This document shows positions 42,633 through 54,987 of a stretch of DNA of 64,000 nt, one piece after another (the stretch's first letter is position 1; each line of letters opens with the position of its first letter). A program made the translations under genes and the position numbers. The stretch comes from Ruditapes philippinarum (lineage: Eukaryota), in NCBI RefSeq assembly GCF_026571515.1, contig NW_026855987.1, forward strand, positions 1 through 64,000. The letters are read 5' to 3'. The notes beneath the pieces are model-generated. The model was not told the origin of the DNA, did not search any database, and saw nothing but the letters and a program-made list of their open reading frames with translations.

Positions 42633-45600
42633 TTAAGACTTTATTATTTTGTCCCTTTTCTCTTTATGTTTAACTTTTCTTCCTTTTTCTTGCTTATCTT
42701 CTCCTTTTGCCATTGTACCTAAAATAACATCGCCTAATAAACTCATAATATTAATTTCCCTTTCTTTGCAAATAAAATAAATTTTGGCGTAGATGGTATA
42801 CAGGTCAATAGTTATACATGTATTCTTATATTCACCTGCTGGTAATATAAAGATATTCAATGTAAGAAATAACTATCCACACTTTGCAAAATGCCATAGG
42901 GCAAAGGGTTTAGTCATATTAATGCAAATGACTTTCACATTCTTGCTGTTTAAAACGTTTTAGGTCATATGTTGCAATTACAGCCTTTTGATGGTGAGCT
43001 GAGGGATGGCTAGCTGTACGCTTTTGGATTATGTCAGACCGGAGCGTGCGTTTTGATAGATTCAGCAATCTTAACTATTCAAACACAGAGGACCATGATG
43101 AATTTTATACAACACCTTGTTTTTGTGACAAATTGACTTTCTTCCTTTCTTCTATGACCATCTTTTTGTAGGACTCATCACATGGGTGATCCCATATACT
43201 CTCTCCAGTAACAAAGTTGAAGTAATAAATATCGCCACCTGGATCTTTGCTGCATTATAACAAAACCATATCATGAAAATAAGTCATTGATGTTGCACAT
43301 AAAAATATATTCCAGACCGTAACCATTTTTATAACAATAAACACAGCATCAGCTGAGTGATGTGATGTGATATGATAGGATGTCGCGTTATCGCATGTAT
43401 GGTTACATCAATTTAGCTGGGAGAGAATTTGAGAAATCACAACATCGATCCTTTGCTATTTCCGTTCAAATAGTGACAATGCGATTAAATGATTTGACGC
43501 AAAGTTACATCTTAGAAGAACTGGTAATGGGTCGTTCAATCATGAATTTTTTAAGCACTTCATTCGTCAACAACTCATACCATTGGATATCATTTGATAT
43601 ATAAATACATTGTATGCCATAAAAAGCTTTTGAAATATTTTGAAATTTCAAGATGTCGTCGTGCTAGTATTATAAGGTCCTATCTCCATTTTCATGAAAA
43701 TTGAGTATGATATACCACTGGATTCAGAATTAAAAGATCTATCTCCAGGTGGTTTCCATTTATGCATGAGGTTACCCTGCTTGATATAATAGCATGTATA
43801 TCATTTTCCATTTTCGAAAATAATAGTTGAATTAATTATTATGTTGCTCTATGTCCATGAGCCAATCAGTGATTGTGTGCGAGGTCATGTGACAGATTTT
43901 GCTTTGTCAAAAAGCATTGACACCATTGCTTAAACTGGCTACCAGAAGTAAATTAGTTTTTAGTATCATATTTGATAAATTGGTAGGAAATATTACCATT
44001 AAGTCAAAGCAAAACCTTTTAATCTTTTAAAAGAGATAATGCCATTATATATGGTTACCGCCTTTAAAATATAAATGGTTATAAACACTACTCCTGGAGA
44101 TAGGGTATTGTAATTTTAAAGAGAAATTTTTTATTTTGTTTTAATATTTTCTAAAACATGGCAATAAATGGAAGGCAGTGTTGTTTAAGGCTAATGTACT
44201 TATTCTGAAACATTTTAATCATCTATTTGAGTTATCAAAAAAAAATTAACAAGGTATCGTGAAAAAAGTCGTTATAAATTTTATAAAATATAACTTTTGA
44301 ACTATGGATATATTCGGATGATTGAATTTCGGTTATAGTTGTTGTTTCTTGTTTTAATATACTGTCTTCTATATAACCAACGGTTGTTGTAGTATAAGAT
44401 ACTTTAATTGTTTCAGAGATTAGAGTGTGTTTCATTGAATGCAGATGCCAGAACATATACTAGTGTTTATTTTGAGATTTCTTCCATTAGAATTTTTACT
44501 TGACAGTGTTTCATTAACATGTTAAAGACTCCACAACCGCGCATTAAATGTTTTTGCCTTTTATGAGAAATTTTGAATTTTCTTTTCCATTTAGCTTAAA
44601 CGATAGAGGCACCCACAATATTTTCCAACATGCTCGTGGGCTTAAACTATTTTTAATTCCATGAATATTCATCTTGTTCAACATTTAAAATTTACCAATG
44701 ATTTTAGTTCGCTCAGTCACTGTATATCAACATATTGGTTAGATATTTCAGACAGTCCAATTTTATAATTGTCACATCTAGAATAAAACTTAAAGTCTCA
44801 CATTGCAGACTTAAACAACTTTCCTGCGATTAGATTATGTCATCAACTACTGTCAATTACTAGTATATATTTTTTCTCATGCAAATGTTATCAGGTGAAC
44901 AATCAAGTTCCTTTAAAACTTTTATTTTCACTCTTATTGGCAGAAAAGGAGGATCACATATAGTTTAAAGAACTTATTGCAAATGGTTACATTGACTGTT
45001 CCTTTCATAGTTTTCAAAATGAGTAAAGTTTCTTTCAGGTGAAAGAAGTTTTTGCAAATCCTCCAATCTATCATTATGTTTTTGTAGTATGTGCTGCCTA
45101 TTAAATTGTGACAGGAGTTGTTGCATTTTTATTGTAAATCTATCGAGGGCATTTTTTTAACATTTTGGTCTTTTTAACAGAGAGAGATAAAATCAAGAAT
45201 TAATTCAAGACAAAGTAACAGATAAACATGTTAAAATTTCCATTTTATCAGAGAGTTGATTTTATATTCAGTTTGTGTCTGTAACTAAGTGAATAAAGTG
45301 TTTTTGTTCGTTAATATTGCAGAATTTTTTTAGGTTGGAAAAACTATTGCCTTATAGTTATATGATAAATATTTAAAGTGATTGTGTTGAAATCTTTTGT
45401 TTCAGTTTTGTAAAAATTCACAATGCAGGTAAAGTACAAGTAGTTTATTGCGATCTATTACAAAACTTGTATGTTACTGATGCCAACAGGTGAAATAATT
45501 TATTCAAATTTATTTCTTTGTCACAAGTTATATCAAAATGTGTAGCTGAAAGATAAAAATACAAGTATTGACCAGAATTTTTAGTTTGTTTATACAAATA

Positions 45601-46227
45601 CCATAATAATCCTATTTGCTTTCATTAGAATTGAACATATTTATTAGTTTTAAAATATCCTATATCCTAGTTCATACTATCCTGGGCAGTTTTAAAACGC
45701 TCTATCTCCGTGTGCAACATAATTCTAAGCTTCCGGCAAGTACAAATAAGCAAAAAGCTCTATCTCAAAATGAAAAATCCGGTTTTAGAAAATATCTCTA
45801 AAGATATCGTGTAAAATCTTTGTTTGCAAGTTATGATAGAACATAATAATGATTCATTCAAAAAATCTCCATCATTACATGGTCTAGTAACATTTTTCTG
45901 TTAACTAAAATTTAAAGCTCGATTTCCCGCAATGTTACATAATGGCACTTAGGACCTTATTATACTAGCACGACGATGTTATGTTTATTGTTGGCCGTTT
46001 GACTTCAATCACATGTATGTATTAATATAGAAAAATATTTTTATTAGAAAAACATACCAAGGTTTCCAATGTTCAGGAAGTGGAGCATTGACACATTCTC
46101 TGGCAATCCAAAGCAAATGTGGTTCCTTGTCAGGGTCTATACCAATAAACTCGGCATACTCACAAATTTCATCCTCGGTATGAACATCAAAAGCTTCCTC
46201 AAGGATCAGCTGGTCGTTTATCATCAT
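42633..46227 (-). CDS. CEP164: CEP164-like N-terminal/WW module A (terminal; exons 46227-46058, 43249-43116, 42718-42633)
   Basis: [11 protein letters not shown]...[30 protein letters not shown]|[37 protein letters not shown]...|[13 protein letters not shown]...KS*. Matches the CEP164 N-terminus (DQLVLEE, GIDP, WKPCQD, YYFNF, WDHPCD). Confidence 0.85.
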
Positions 46228-49200
46228 CTTGAAGAGAGTTAATAGATTTGATAAGTAAGTCTCCTGATAGATTAACTGCTATATTTTCTGTTTCGATTTA
46301 CAGCAAAGCAAAATAAAATAAATAAATACCACCCTTTTGATTATAATTAATATTAGGTAAGCAAGGCTTATTTATGTAAAATACACGACCCATCTAACCA
46401 GGGGCAGGAACTTGTTACACGACAGATGTTTTTCCAAATAATAAGTCGCGTTCCCAACCTCATCTGATGATTTTATGTTATGAGAAATGAGGGCAGGAAG
46501 TGTAAAATGGAAGTGTTACTTATTCTCAAATACCAAGTTTCAACAACATTTCATACTATTATACTGTTTGGTAACACAAGAAGGTGATTAAAAGAGTAAA
46601 TCTTTTTGCAATTTCTTAAAATTACTTTGAAAGTTTCCCGTTGAAATAAAAGAGGAAAGAAATGATAAATTTAACATAATTGTTTCAGATACAATCACCT
46701 GTGACGGTTTGTCTTTTCCCTTTTTTCTTTTTCTTTCATCTTTTCCTGTCTTGTCAATGTCTTTTTTGTTTGTTTCTGTCTTGTCAATGTCTTTTTTGGT
46801 TGTCATTTTATCTGCAAAATTTATCTCATACAATAATTAGTGTCACAGTTCCAATTCCTTTTTTTATATAAAAACTTAAACAAATTATTTCTATGTGTCT
46901 ATATTTCCGGAGTGTTTTTGTACGCCGATTTGAATACTTTTTGTCATATCTCCGTAGTCCGTCAACATAACGGCTTTCCTGAATAAGTTTCCAGTACTTG
47001 CCAATGTCTCCACAAGTGACTGACTATTGATCTGACATGGTGATGAGAAAGAACCAAACGATCATAAGAGTAATGTCACAGATCTATAACTGTAGAGAAA
47101 TTACGCCCCGCCCGATGGTCGGACTAGCGATGTCTAGATTACTTATTCGATGCTCTCCCTATTGAGCACACATCAAGATTTTAGCCACGAGAAAGGTCAA
47201 TGATTTTACAATTAGATGATAACTTATATGAACTGCACAATTGTCTAGTAAAAAATACATATATCAAATATATGTTATTATTGGTCACATTGTGCCACAT
47301 CATTCTTGTTATTGGCTAATATATGTTGTACCTTGTGTTTGTGACAATTTGACTTTCTTCCTTTCTTCTATGACCATCTTTTTGTAGAACTCATCACATG
47401 GGTGATCCCATATACTCTCTCCAGTAACAAAGTTGAAGTAATAAATTTCGCCATCTGGATCTTTGCTGCATTATATCAAAACCATATCATGAAAATAAGT
47501 CATTGATGTTGCACATAAAAATATATTCCAGACCGTAACCATTTTCATAACAATAAACACAGCATCAGCTGAGTGATGTGATGTGATATGATAGGATGTC
47601 GCGTTATTGCATCAATTTAGCTGGGAGAGAATTTGAGTAGTCACAACATCGATCCTTTACTATTTCCATTCATAGAGCAACAATGCAATTAAATGACTTG
47701 AGGGAAAGTAACTTCTTAGAAGAACGGGTAATGGGTCGTTCAATCATGAATATTTCAAGCACTTCATTCGTCAATAACTTTGACATTCTCTTTCTTAAAA
47801 CTGTAAACTGACAACATCCGTTAAAACTTCAATTCTAAGGGACACTCATTATGTTATCATATTTCATAAAGAAACTATTGAAATAGATGTAATGTACATT
47901 GTTGGTTGGCCGTTTAGCCGTTTTAGTTCAATCACATTTGAGCCGCGTCACGACAAAACCAACATAATGCGTTTGCGACCAGCATGGATCCAGACCAGCC
48001 TGCGCATCCGCGAAGTCTGATCAGGATCCATGCCGTTCGCTATCAGTTTCTCTACTTGTAATAGTGTTTGTAAGCGAACAGCCTGAATCATGATCAAACT
48101 GCGCGGATGCTCAGGCTAGACTGGTTCCATGCTAGTCGCAAACACATTACGTTGGTTTTGTCGTGACACGGCTCATTTAATCCAGGTAAGCATTTTATAG
48201 AAAAATATTTTGATACAAAAAACAGACCATTTGATATCATTTGATATGTAAATACAATTTATTTCATAAAATACTACTGAAATATTTTGAATTTTCAAGA
48301 TGTAATGCTTGTTTGACTTTATAATTACATGTAAGTATTAATATAGAAAAATATTTTGATTAAAGAAACATACCACGATTTCCAATGTTCAGGAAGTGGA
48401 GCCTTAGCACCTTCTCTGGCAATCCAGAGCAAATGTGGTTCCTTGTCAGGGTCTATACCAATTAAATTGGCATACTCACAAATATCATCCTCGGTATGAA
48501 CATCAAAAGCTTCCTCAAGGATCAGCTGGTCGTTTATCATCATCTTGAAGAGAGTAAATAGATTTATTATAAGTGAGTCTCCTGATAGATTGAACTGCCA
48601 TATTTTCTATATTGATTTACAGCATAGCAAAATTGAATAAATAAATATCACCCTTTTGATAATTAACAATAGATAAGCAAGGCATATTTATGAAAAATCC
48701 ACGACACCACTAACCAGGGGCAGGATCTTGTTACACGACGGATGTTTTCCAAATAATAAGTCGCGTCTCCAACCATATCTGATGATTTTATGTAATAAGA
48801 AATGAAGGCAGGAGGTGTAAAATGGAATTGTCCTGATTGATGTTGTTGCCTGCATTGTTCAATGCGTTAGAAAAAAAGCGTTGTCAAATTTCTCGATTTC
48901 GTAGAAATATAAGTTATAAGGTATTTTAACGTCTTTATTATCTGCGTATTGTCATCTACTCATATTCAAAGGTTCTTTAGGCTTTCTTGTATACTATTTT
49001 ATAATTAGTTCTTCCGAACTCTACCTTTTCTTGCCTTACGTTTTAATTTCTATTATTGCAACAATATGAATCATCAGTTATTTATTGTCATCTGTTCGTA
49101 GCTCTTATTCTCAAATACATAGTTTCAACAACATTTCATAATATTATACGGTTTGGTAACACAAGAAGCTTAAGGTGATTAAATGGAGGATATTTGTTTG

Positions 49201-52200
49201 TTTGTGTGTAAGATCAAATTTTATTTCATCTCGTGAGCTTTAAAAACAGTATTCTCACGAGTGGCGTAGCCACGAGTGAGAATACTGTTTTTAAAGTTCA
49301 CGAGATGAAATAAAATTACATCTTACACAACAAACAAACACATTTTCTTTTTGTTTTATGCTTAAAAACAAGTTAAAACTAAATTTCCTTGATATTAATT
49401 TTAATATTAAAATCTGTTTTCCCCATTGGTAGCTTCTCTATTAGTCGAATTTTTCATAAAATACAAGAAGTTTTGGGCTGAAAATAAGTTCGACAATCAA
49501 CGTTAAATGGCGAGGATAATATTCATTTTATTCAAATAATATGAAAGATCGCTTGTTTTATTAATATAAACAAACAATTCTATTTGGAGAAAAAGTCAAA
49601 CCATCCATCCATATATCAGTTACTTACGGCGTATTTATATAAGACTTGGCTCTGTGAAATGTAAACGGCCGCCATTTTTAAAATTGTGTATTCCATTGGA
49701 GGAAAATAATTGTGTTTGATTCAGAGGGATATCATTTGGATTTGTTAGTCATACACCTTTTAAGAAGAAAGAAAACTTTTTTGAGGATTATTACAGACAA
49801 TGAATAAGTGTTGACAGATGAGTAAACATTCAAAATCGGCTATGGAACTGGAACACATGGACTTTTTGAAAGGCTGCCTTAGTCTGTAAGTCCTGACAAA
49901 CTTACGAACGCTAGGTTATTTACTTATTCTTCGGGCTAATGTCTGTCATTGCTTTTCAAGTTATTAGGCAGTTATTGCTCGTAGGATACTTAAATACGCC
50001 CAAATGTCATCAAGAGCAGTTCTGCATGTGGAAGGAATTGTATTTTTCAGACTGTAAACATGAAACAAATATTTAGAGATGATATTGGGTGATTGGTAAT
50101 TTGAATGAATTGAAGTAAGTTTTCTTCTTTTTATTACTTTTGAAATTTCAGTTATTTATCTATTTCAGCTTCGCTTTTCTCTAAATTTAAACAGCCCTGA
50201 CAATGTGAGAATTGTCAACACTAATAAAATTTAGGTACCGCATAGGGAAAATCTTTAGTGTCATCTTTGAAAAGTGTGAAATTATATTTTGATAATTTTC
50301 ACTGTGAAATTATCAAATATAATTTTCACGAATAAATCAGTAATCCAATGAAAAGCATAAAATAAAAAAATAAATCTTGCAATTTCTGAAAATTACTTTG
50401 AATCTTTTCCGTTGAAATAAAAAGAGGAAAGAAATAATAAATTTAACATAATTGTTTCAGATACAATCACCTGTGACGGTTTATCTTTTCCCTTTTTTCT
50501 TTTATCTTTTCCTGTCTTGTCAATGTCTTTTTTGGTTGTCATTTTATCTGCAAAATTGATGTCATACAATAGTGTCACAGTTCCAATTCCTTTTAATATT
50601 AAAACTTAAACTAATTATTACTATTTGTCTATTTTTCTGGAGTGTTTTTGTATGCCGATTTGAATACTTTTTGTCATATCTAGGTAGTCCGTCTACATAA
50701 CGGCTTTCCTGGATAAGTTTCCGGTACTTGCCAATGTCTCCGCATGCGACTGAAAATTGATCTGACATGGTGATTAGAACCAAATGATCATTAGAGTAAT
50801 GTCACAGATCTATACCTGTGGAGAAATTACGCCCCGCCCGAAGGTCGGACATTACTTATTCGATGCTCTCCCTATTGAGCACACTATATACACCCATGTC
50901 ACCTAAGAACATCAAGATTTAAGCCACATGAAAGGTCAATGATTTTACAATTAAATAACTTATATAAACTGCACAATTGTCTAGTAAAAATACATATATC
51001 AAATATATGTTATTATTGGTCACATTGTGCCACATCATTCTTGTTATTGGCTAATATATGTTGTACCTTGTGTTTGTGACAATTTGACTTTCTTCCTTTC
51101 TTCTATGACCATCTTTTTGTAGGACTCATCACGTGGGTGATCCCATGTACTCTCTCCAGTATTAAAGTTGAAGTAATAAATATCGCCATCTGGATCTTTG
51201 CTGCATTATATCAAAACCATATCATGCAAATAAGTCATTGATGTTGCACATAAAAATATATTCTAGACCGTAACCATTTTTATAACAATAAACACAGCAT
51301 CAGCTGAGTGATGGGATATGATAGGATGTCGCGTTATCGCATATATGGTTGCATCAATTTAACTGGGACAGAATTTGAGTAATCACAACATCGATCCTTT
51401 ACTTTGTCCATTCAAAGAGCAACAATGCAATTCAATGACTTGAGGCAAAGTAACATCTTAGAAGAACGGGTAATGGGTCGTTTAACATGAATATTTCAAG
51501 CACTTCATTCGTTAATAACTTTAACATTCTCTTTCTTAAAACTGTAAACTGACAACACCCGTTATTACTTCAATTCTAAGGGACACTCATTATGTTATCA
51601 TATTTCATAAAGAAACTATTGAAATAGATGTAATGTACATTGTTGCTTGGCCGTTTAGCCGTTTTAGTTCAATCACATTTAATCCAGGTAAGTATTTTAT
51701 AGAAAAATATTTTGATACAAAAAACAGACCATTTGATATCATTTGATATATAAATAAAATTTATTTCATAAAATGCTACTGAAATATTTTGAATTTTCAA
51801 GATGTAATGCTTGTTTGACTTTATAATTACATGTAAGTATTAATATAGAAAAATATTTTGATTAAAAAAACATACCACGATTTCCAATGTTCAGGAAGTG
51901 GAGCCTTAGCACCTTCTCTGGCAATCCAGAGCAAATGTGGTTCCTTGTCAGGGTCTATACCAATAAACTTGGCATACTCACAAATATCATCCTCGGTATA
52001 AACATCAAAAGCTTCCTCAAGGATCAGCTGGTCGTTTATCATCATCTTGAAGAGAGTAAATAGATTTATTATAAGTGAGTCTCCTGATAGATTGAACTGC
52101 CATATTTTCTATATTGATTTACAGCATAGCAAAATTGAATAAATAAATACCACCCTTTTTATATGCCCGAAAGAATTTCGGGCATATTATGTTATGCCCC

Positions 52201-54987
52201 CTGGCGTCCGTCCGTCCATCCGTCCGTTAGCAATTTGATTTCCGGAGGATAACTTAAGTTCCATTTGGCCCACAGTATTCAAACTTCATAGGATGATTGT
52301 CCATTTTGAGTAGAAGACCCCTATTGATTTTGGGTTCACAAGGTCAAAGGTCAAAGTCACTATGACCTTAAAACTGAAAACAGTTTCCGGAGCATAATGT
52401 AAGTTCCATTTGGCCCACAGTGTTCAAACTTTATAGGATGATTGTCCATATTGGGTAGAAGACCCCTATCGATTTTGGGGTCACAAGGTCAAAGTTCAAG
52501 GTCACTATGACCTTAAAACTGAAAACAGTTTCCGGGGGATAACTTAAGTTTCATTTGGCCCACAGTTTTCAAACTTCATAGGATGATTGTCCATATTAGG
52601 TTGAAGACCCCTATTGATTTTGGGGTCACAAGGTCAAAGATCAAGGTCACTATGACCTTAAAACTGAAAACAGTTTCCGGAGGATAACTTAAGTTCCATT
52701 TGGCCAACAGTGTTCAAACTTCATAGGATGATTGTCCATATTGGGCAGAGGACCCCTATTGATTTTGGGGTCACAAGGTCAAAGTTCAAGGTCACTATGA
52801 CCTTAAAACTGAAAACAGTTTCCGGAGGATAACTTAAGTTTCATTTGGCCCACAGTGTTCAAACTTCATAGGATGATTGTCCATTTTGGGTTGAAGACCC
52901 CTATTGATTTTGGCGTCACAAGGTCAAAGGTCAAGGTCACTATTACATTAGAACTGAAAACAGTTTCCGGGGCATAACTTAAGTTCCATTTGGACCACAA
53001 TATTGAAACTTCAAAGGAGGATTGTTTTGTGAAGGAGGTAATACTTATTTAATTCCCGTGTCTTACAAATGCTTCATCTTTACTAAAAAAAATCACTTTT
53101 GGGCATATAATGCTCCGCTTAGCGGTGCTCTTGTTTTAGTTATATTTTATATTAGATAAGCAAGGCATATTTATGAAAAATCCACGACACCACTAACCAG
53201 GGGCAGGATCTTGTTACACGACGGATGTTTTTTCCAAATAATACGTCGCGTCTCCAACCTCATCTGATGATTTTATGTAATGAAAATGAAGGCAGAAGGT
53301 GTAAAATGGAAGTGTCCTGATTGAGGTTCTTGTCTGCATTTTTCAATGCGTCAGAAAAAAGCGTAGTAAATTTTTCGATTTCGTAGAAATTTTACCTATC
53401 AGGTATTTTAACGTCTTTCTTATCTTCGTATTATCATCTACTCATATTCACGGACTCTTTAGGCGTTCTTGTATACTATTTTATAATTAGTTCTTCTGAA
53501 CTCTACCTTTTCGTGTCTTACTTGTTTCTATTTCTATTATTGCAACAATATGAATCATCAGTTATTTATTTTCATCTGTTCGTAACTCTTATTTTCAAAT
53601 ACCAAGTTTCAAAATTATTTCATAATATTATACGGTTTGGTAACACAAGAAAGTGATTAAAAGATTAAATCTTGCAATTTCTTGAAATTACTTGAAAGTT
53701 CCCGTTGAAATAAAAAGAGGAAAGAAATTATAAATATAACATAATTGTTTCAGATACCATCACCTGTGACGGTTTATCTTTTCCCTTTTTTCTTTTTCTT
53801 TTATCTTTTCCTGTCTTGTCAATGTCTGTTTTGGTTGTCATTTTATCTGCAAAATTTATCTCATACAATAATAAGTGTCACAGTTGCTATTCCTTTTTTA
53901 TATAAAAATTCCTTTTTTATATGAAAATTCCTTTTTTATATAAAAATTCCTTTTTTATATAAAAACTTAAACTAATTGTTTCTATTTGTCTTTTTTTCTG
54001 GAGTTTTTTTTTGTATGCCGATTTGAATACTTTTTGTCATATCTCGGTAGTCCGTCCACATAACGGCTTTCCTGGATAAGTTTCTAGTACTTGCCAATGT
54101 TTCAGCAAGTGACTGACTATTGATCTGACATGGTGATGAGAACCAAATGATCATTAGAGTAATGTCACAGATTTATAACTGTGGAGAAATTACGTCCCGC
54201 CCGAAGGTCGGACTAGCGATGTCTTGATTACTTATTCGATGCTCTCCCTATTGAGCACACTATATACACCCATGTCACCTAAGAACATCAAGATTTAAGC
54301 CACGAGAAAGGTCAATGATTTTACAATTAAATAAATTATATGTACTGCACAATTGTCTAGAAAAAAATACATATATCAAATATATCTAATTATTGGTCAC
54401 ATTGTGGCACATCATTCTTGTTATTGGCTAAGGATGATCCATGTATATGTTGTACCTTGTGTTTGTGACAAATTGACTTTCTTCCTTTCTTCTATGACAA
54501 TCTTCTTGTAGACCTCATTACATGGGTGATCCAATATACTATCTCCAGTAACAGAGTTGAAGTAATATATATCGCCATCTGGACCCTGGCTGCATTAGAT
54601 TAAGTCATATTATTATATTAATATGTAAATCTTAACATACATTAGTTACAATAATCGAAACGTGTCATGTTTTTGTAACGGACTAAGAAAAATGTTTATT
54701 ATTTCGGTTTCAGAAATACAATCTGTATAACTTCAGGAAGAGCTTTTACTTGCTATTTTTTATCACATTAAATAAGTGTTTACATTTGCTGATATAAATA
54801 TACAAACATACCTTTGTTTCCAAGTCTCTGGGAGAGGAGCATTTATTCCCTTTTTAGCAATCCAGAGCAAATATGGTTCCTTGTCAGGGTCTATACCAAT
54901 ACATTGGGCATACTCACAAATTTTGTGCTCGGGAGGAACATGGTTTTCATCATACTCCTCATCGAGAACCAGTTGGTCGTTTATCAT
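42633..54987 (-). CDS. Putative 12-exon gene encoding four tandem CEP164 N-terminal (WW) modules, ~526 aa (modules D-C-B-A)
   Basis: Exons 54987-54812, 54589-54456, 53846-53764, 52045-51876, 51200-51067, 50547-50471, 48543-48374, 47465-47332, 46811-46699, 46227-46058, 43249-43116, 42718-42633. Phases 2,1,0 repeat; total 1581 nt with no internal stop. Confidence 0.65.
43657..45975. mobile_element. 2.3-kb non-autonomous TIR transposon (Sola-like 4-bp TSD) in module A intron 1
   Basis: 26-bp TIR cgtcgtgctagtattataaggtccta (1 mismatch); TSD ATGT. Empty site caagatgtattgtttattg at ~62210. Confidence 0.85.
46699..48543 (-). CDS. CEP164: CEP164-like N-terminal/WW module B (exons 48543-48374, 47465-47332, 46811-46699)
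   Basis: ...EHWKSC|[31 protein letters not shown]...|[38 protein letters not shown]. Confidence 0.85.
46912..47167 (-). mobile_element. Old tRNA-SINE remnant in intron 2, shared by modules B, C (~50640-50880) and D (~54002-54257)
   Basis: Minus-strand tRNA-like head gctcaatagggagagc...; tail ...gatatgacaaaaagtattcaaatcggcgtacaaaaacac. Confidence 0.55.
47940..48174. mobile_element. Sola-like palindromic MITE in module B intron 1
   Basis: TSD ATTT; exact empty site caatcacatttaatccagg in module C at ~51670. Confidence 0.92.
49184..50370. mobile_element. 1.2-kb insertion with a long terminal hairpin (Crypton-like non-autonomous element, tentative)
   Basis: Absent from paralogous introns (aaggtgattaaa...taaatctt contiguous at ~46585 and ~53655). 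~145-bp palindrome at 49195-49340; ttttatgctt / aagcataaaa inverted pair. Confidence 0.65.
50471..52045 (-). CDS. CEP164: CEP164-like N-terminal/WW module C (exons 52045-51876, 51200-51067, 50547-50471)
   Basis: ...EHWKSC|[31 protein letters not shown]...|[26 protein letters not shown]. Confidence 0.85.
52156..53135 (+). mobile_element. Helentron/HINE (DINE-1/pearl-like) element carrying a 145-bp tandem array (~5.4 units)
   Basis: Subterminal IR atatgccc/gggcatat, (GTCC)n microsatellite, units at 52241, 52386, 52531, 52676, 52821, 52966, 3' hairpin gctccgcttagcggtgc. Inserted in a T-run; empty site at ~48655. Confidence 0.88.
53764..54987 (-). CDS. CEP164: CEP164-like N-terminal/WW module D (first; exons 54987-54812, 54589-54456, 53846-53764)
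   Basis: [59 protein letters not shown]|[31 protein letters not shown]...; second WW Trp replaced by Leu. Confidence 0.82.

Noticed and set aside
50562-50783. 73-aa ORF in module C intron 2 as an extra exon
   Set aside because: It overlaps a SINE remnant, and the frame is not kept in the B and D copies
52239-53020. Regular repeats as a CRISPR array
   Set aside because: No unique spacers; these are head-to-tail 145-bp units inside a Helentron-type element in eukaryotic DNA
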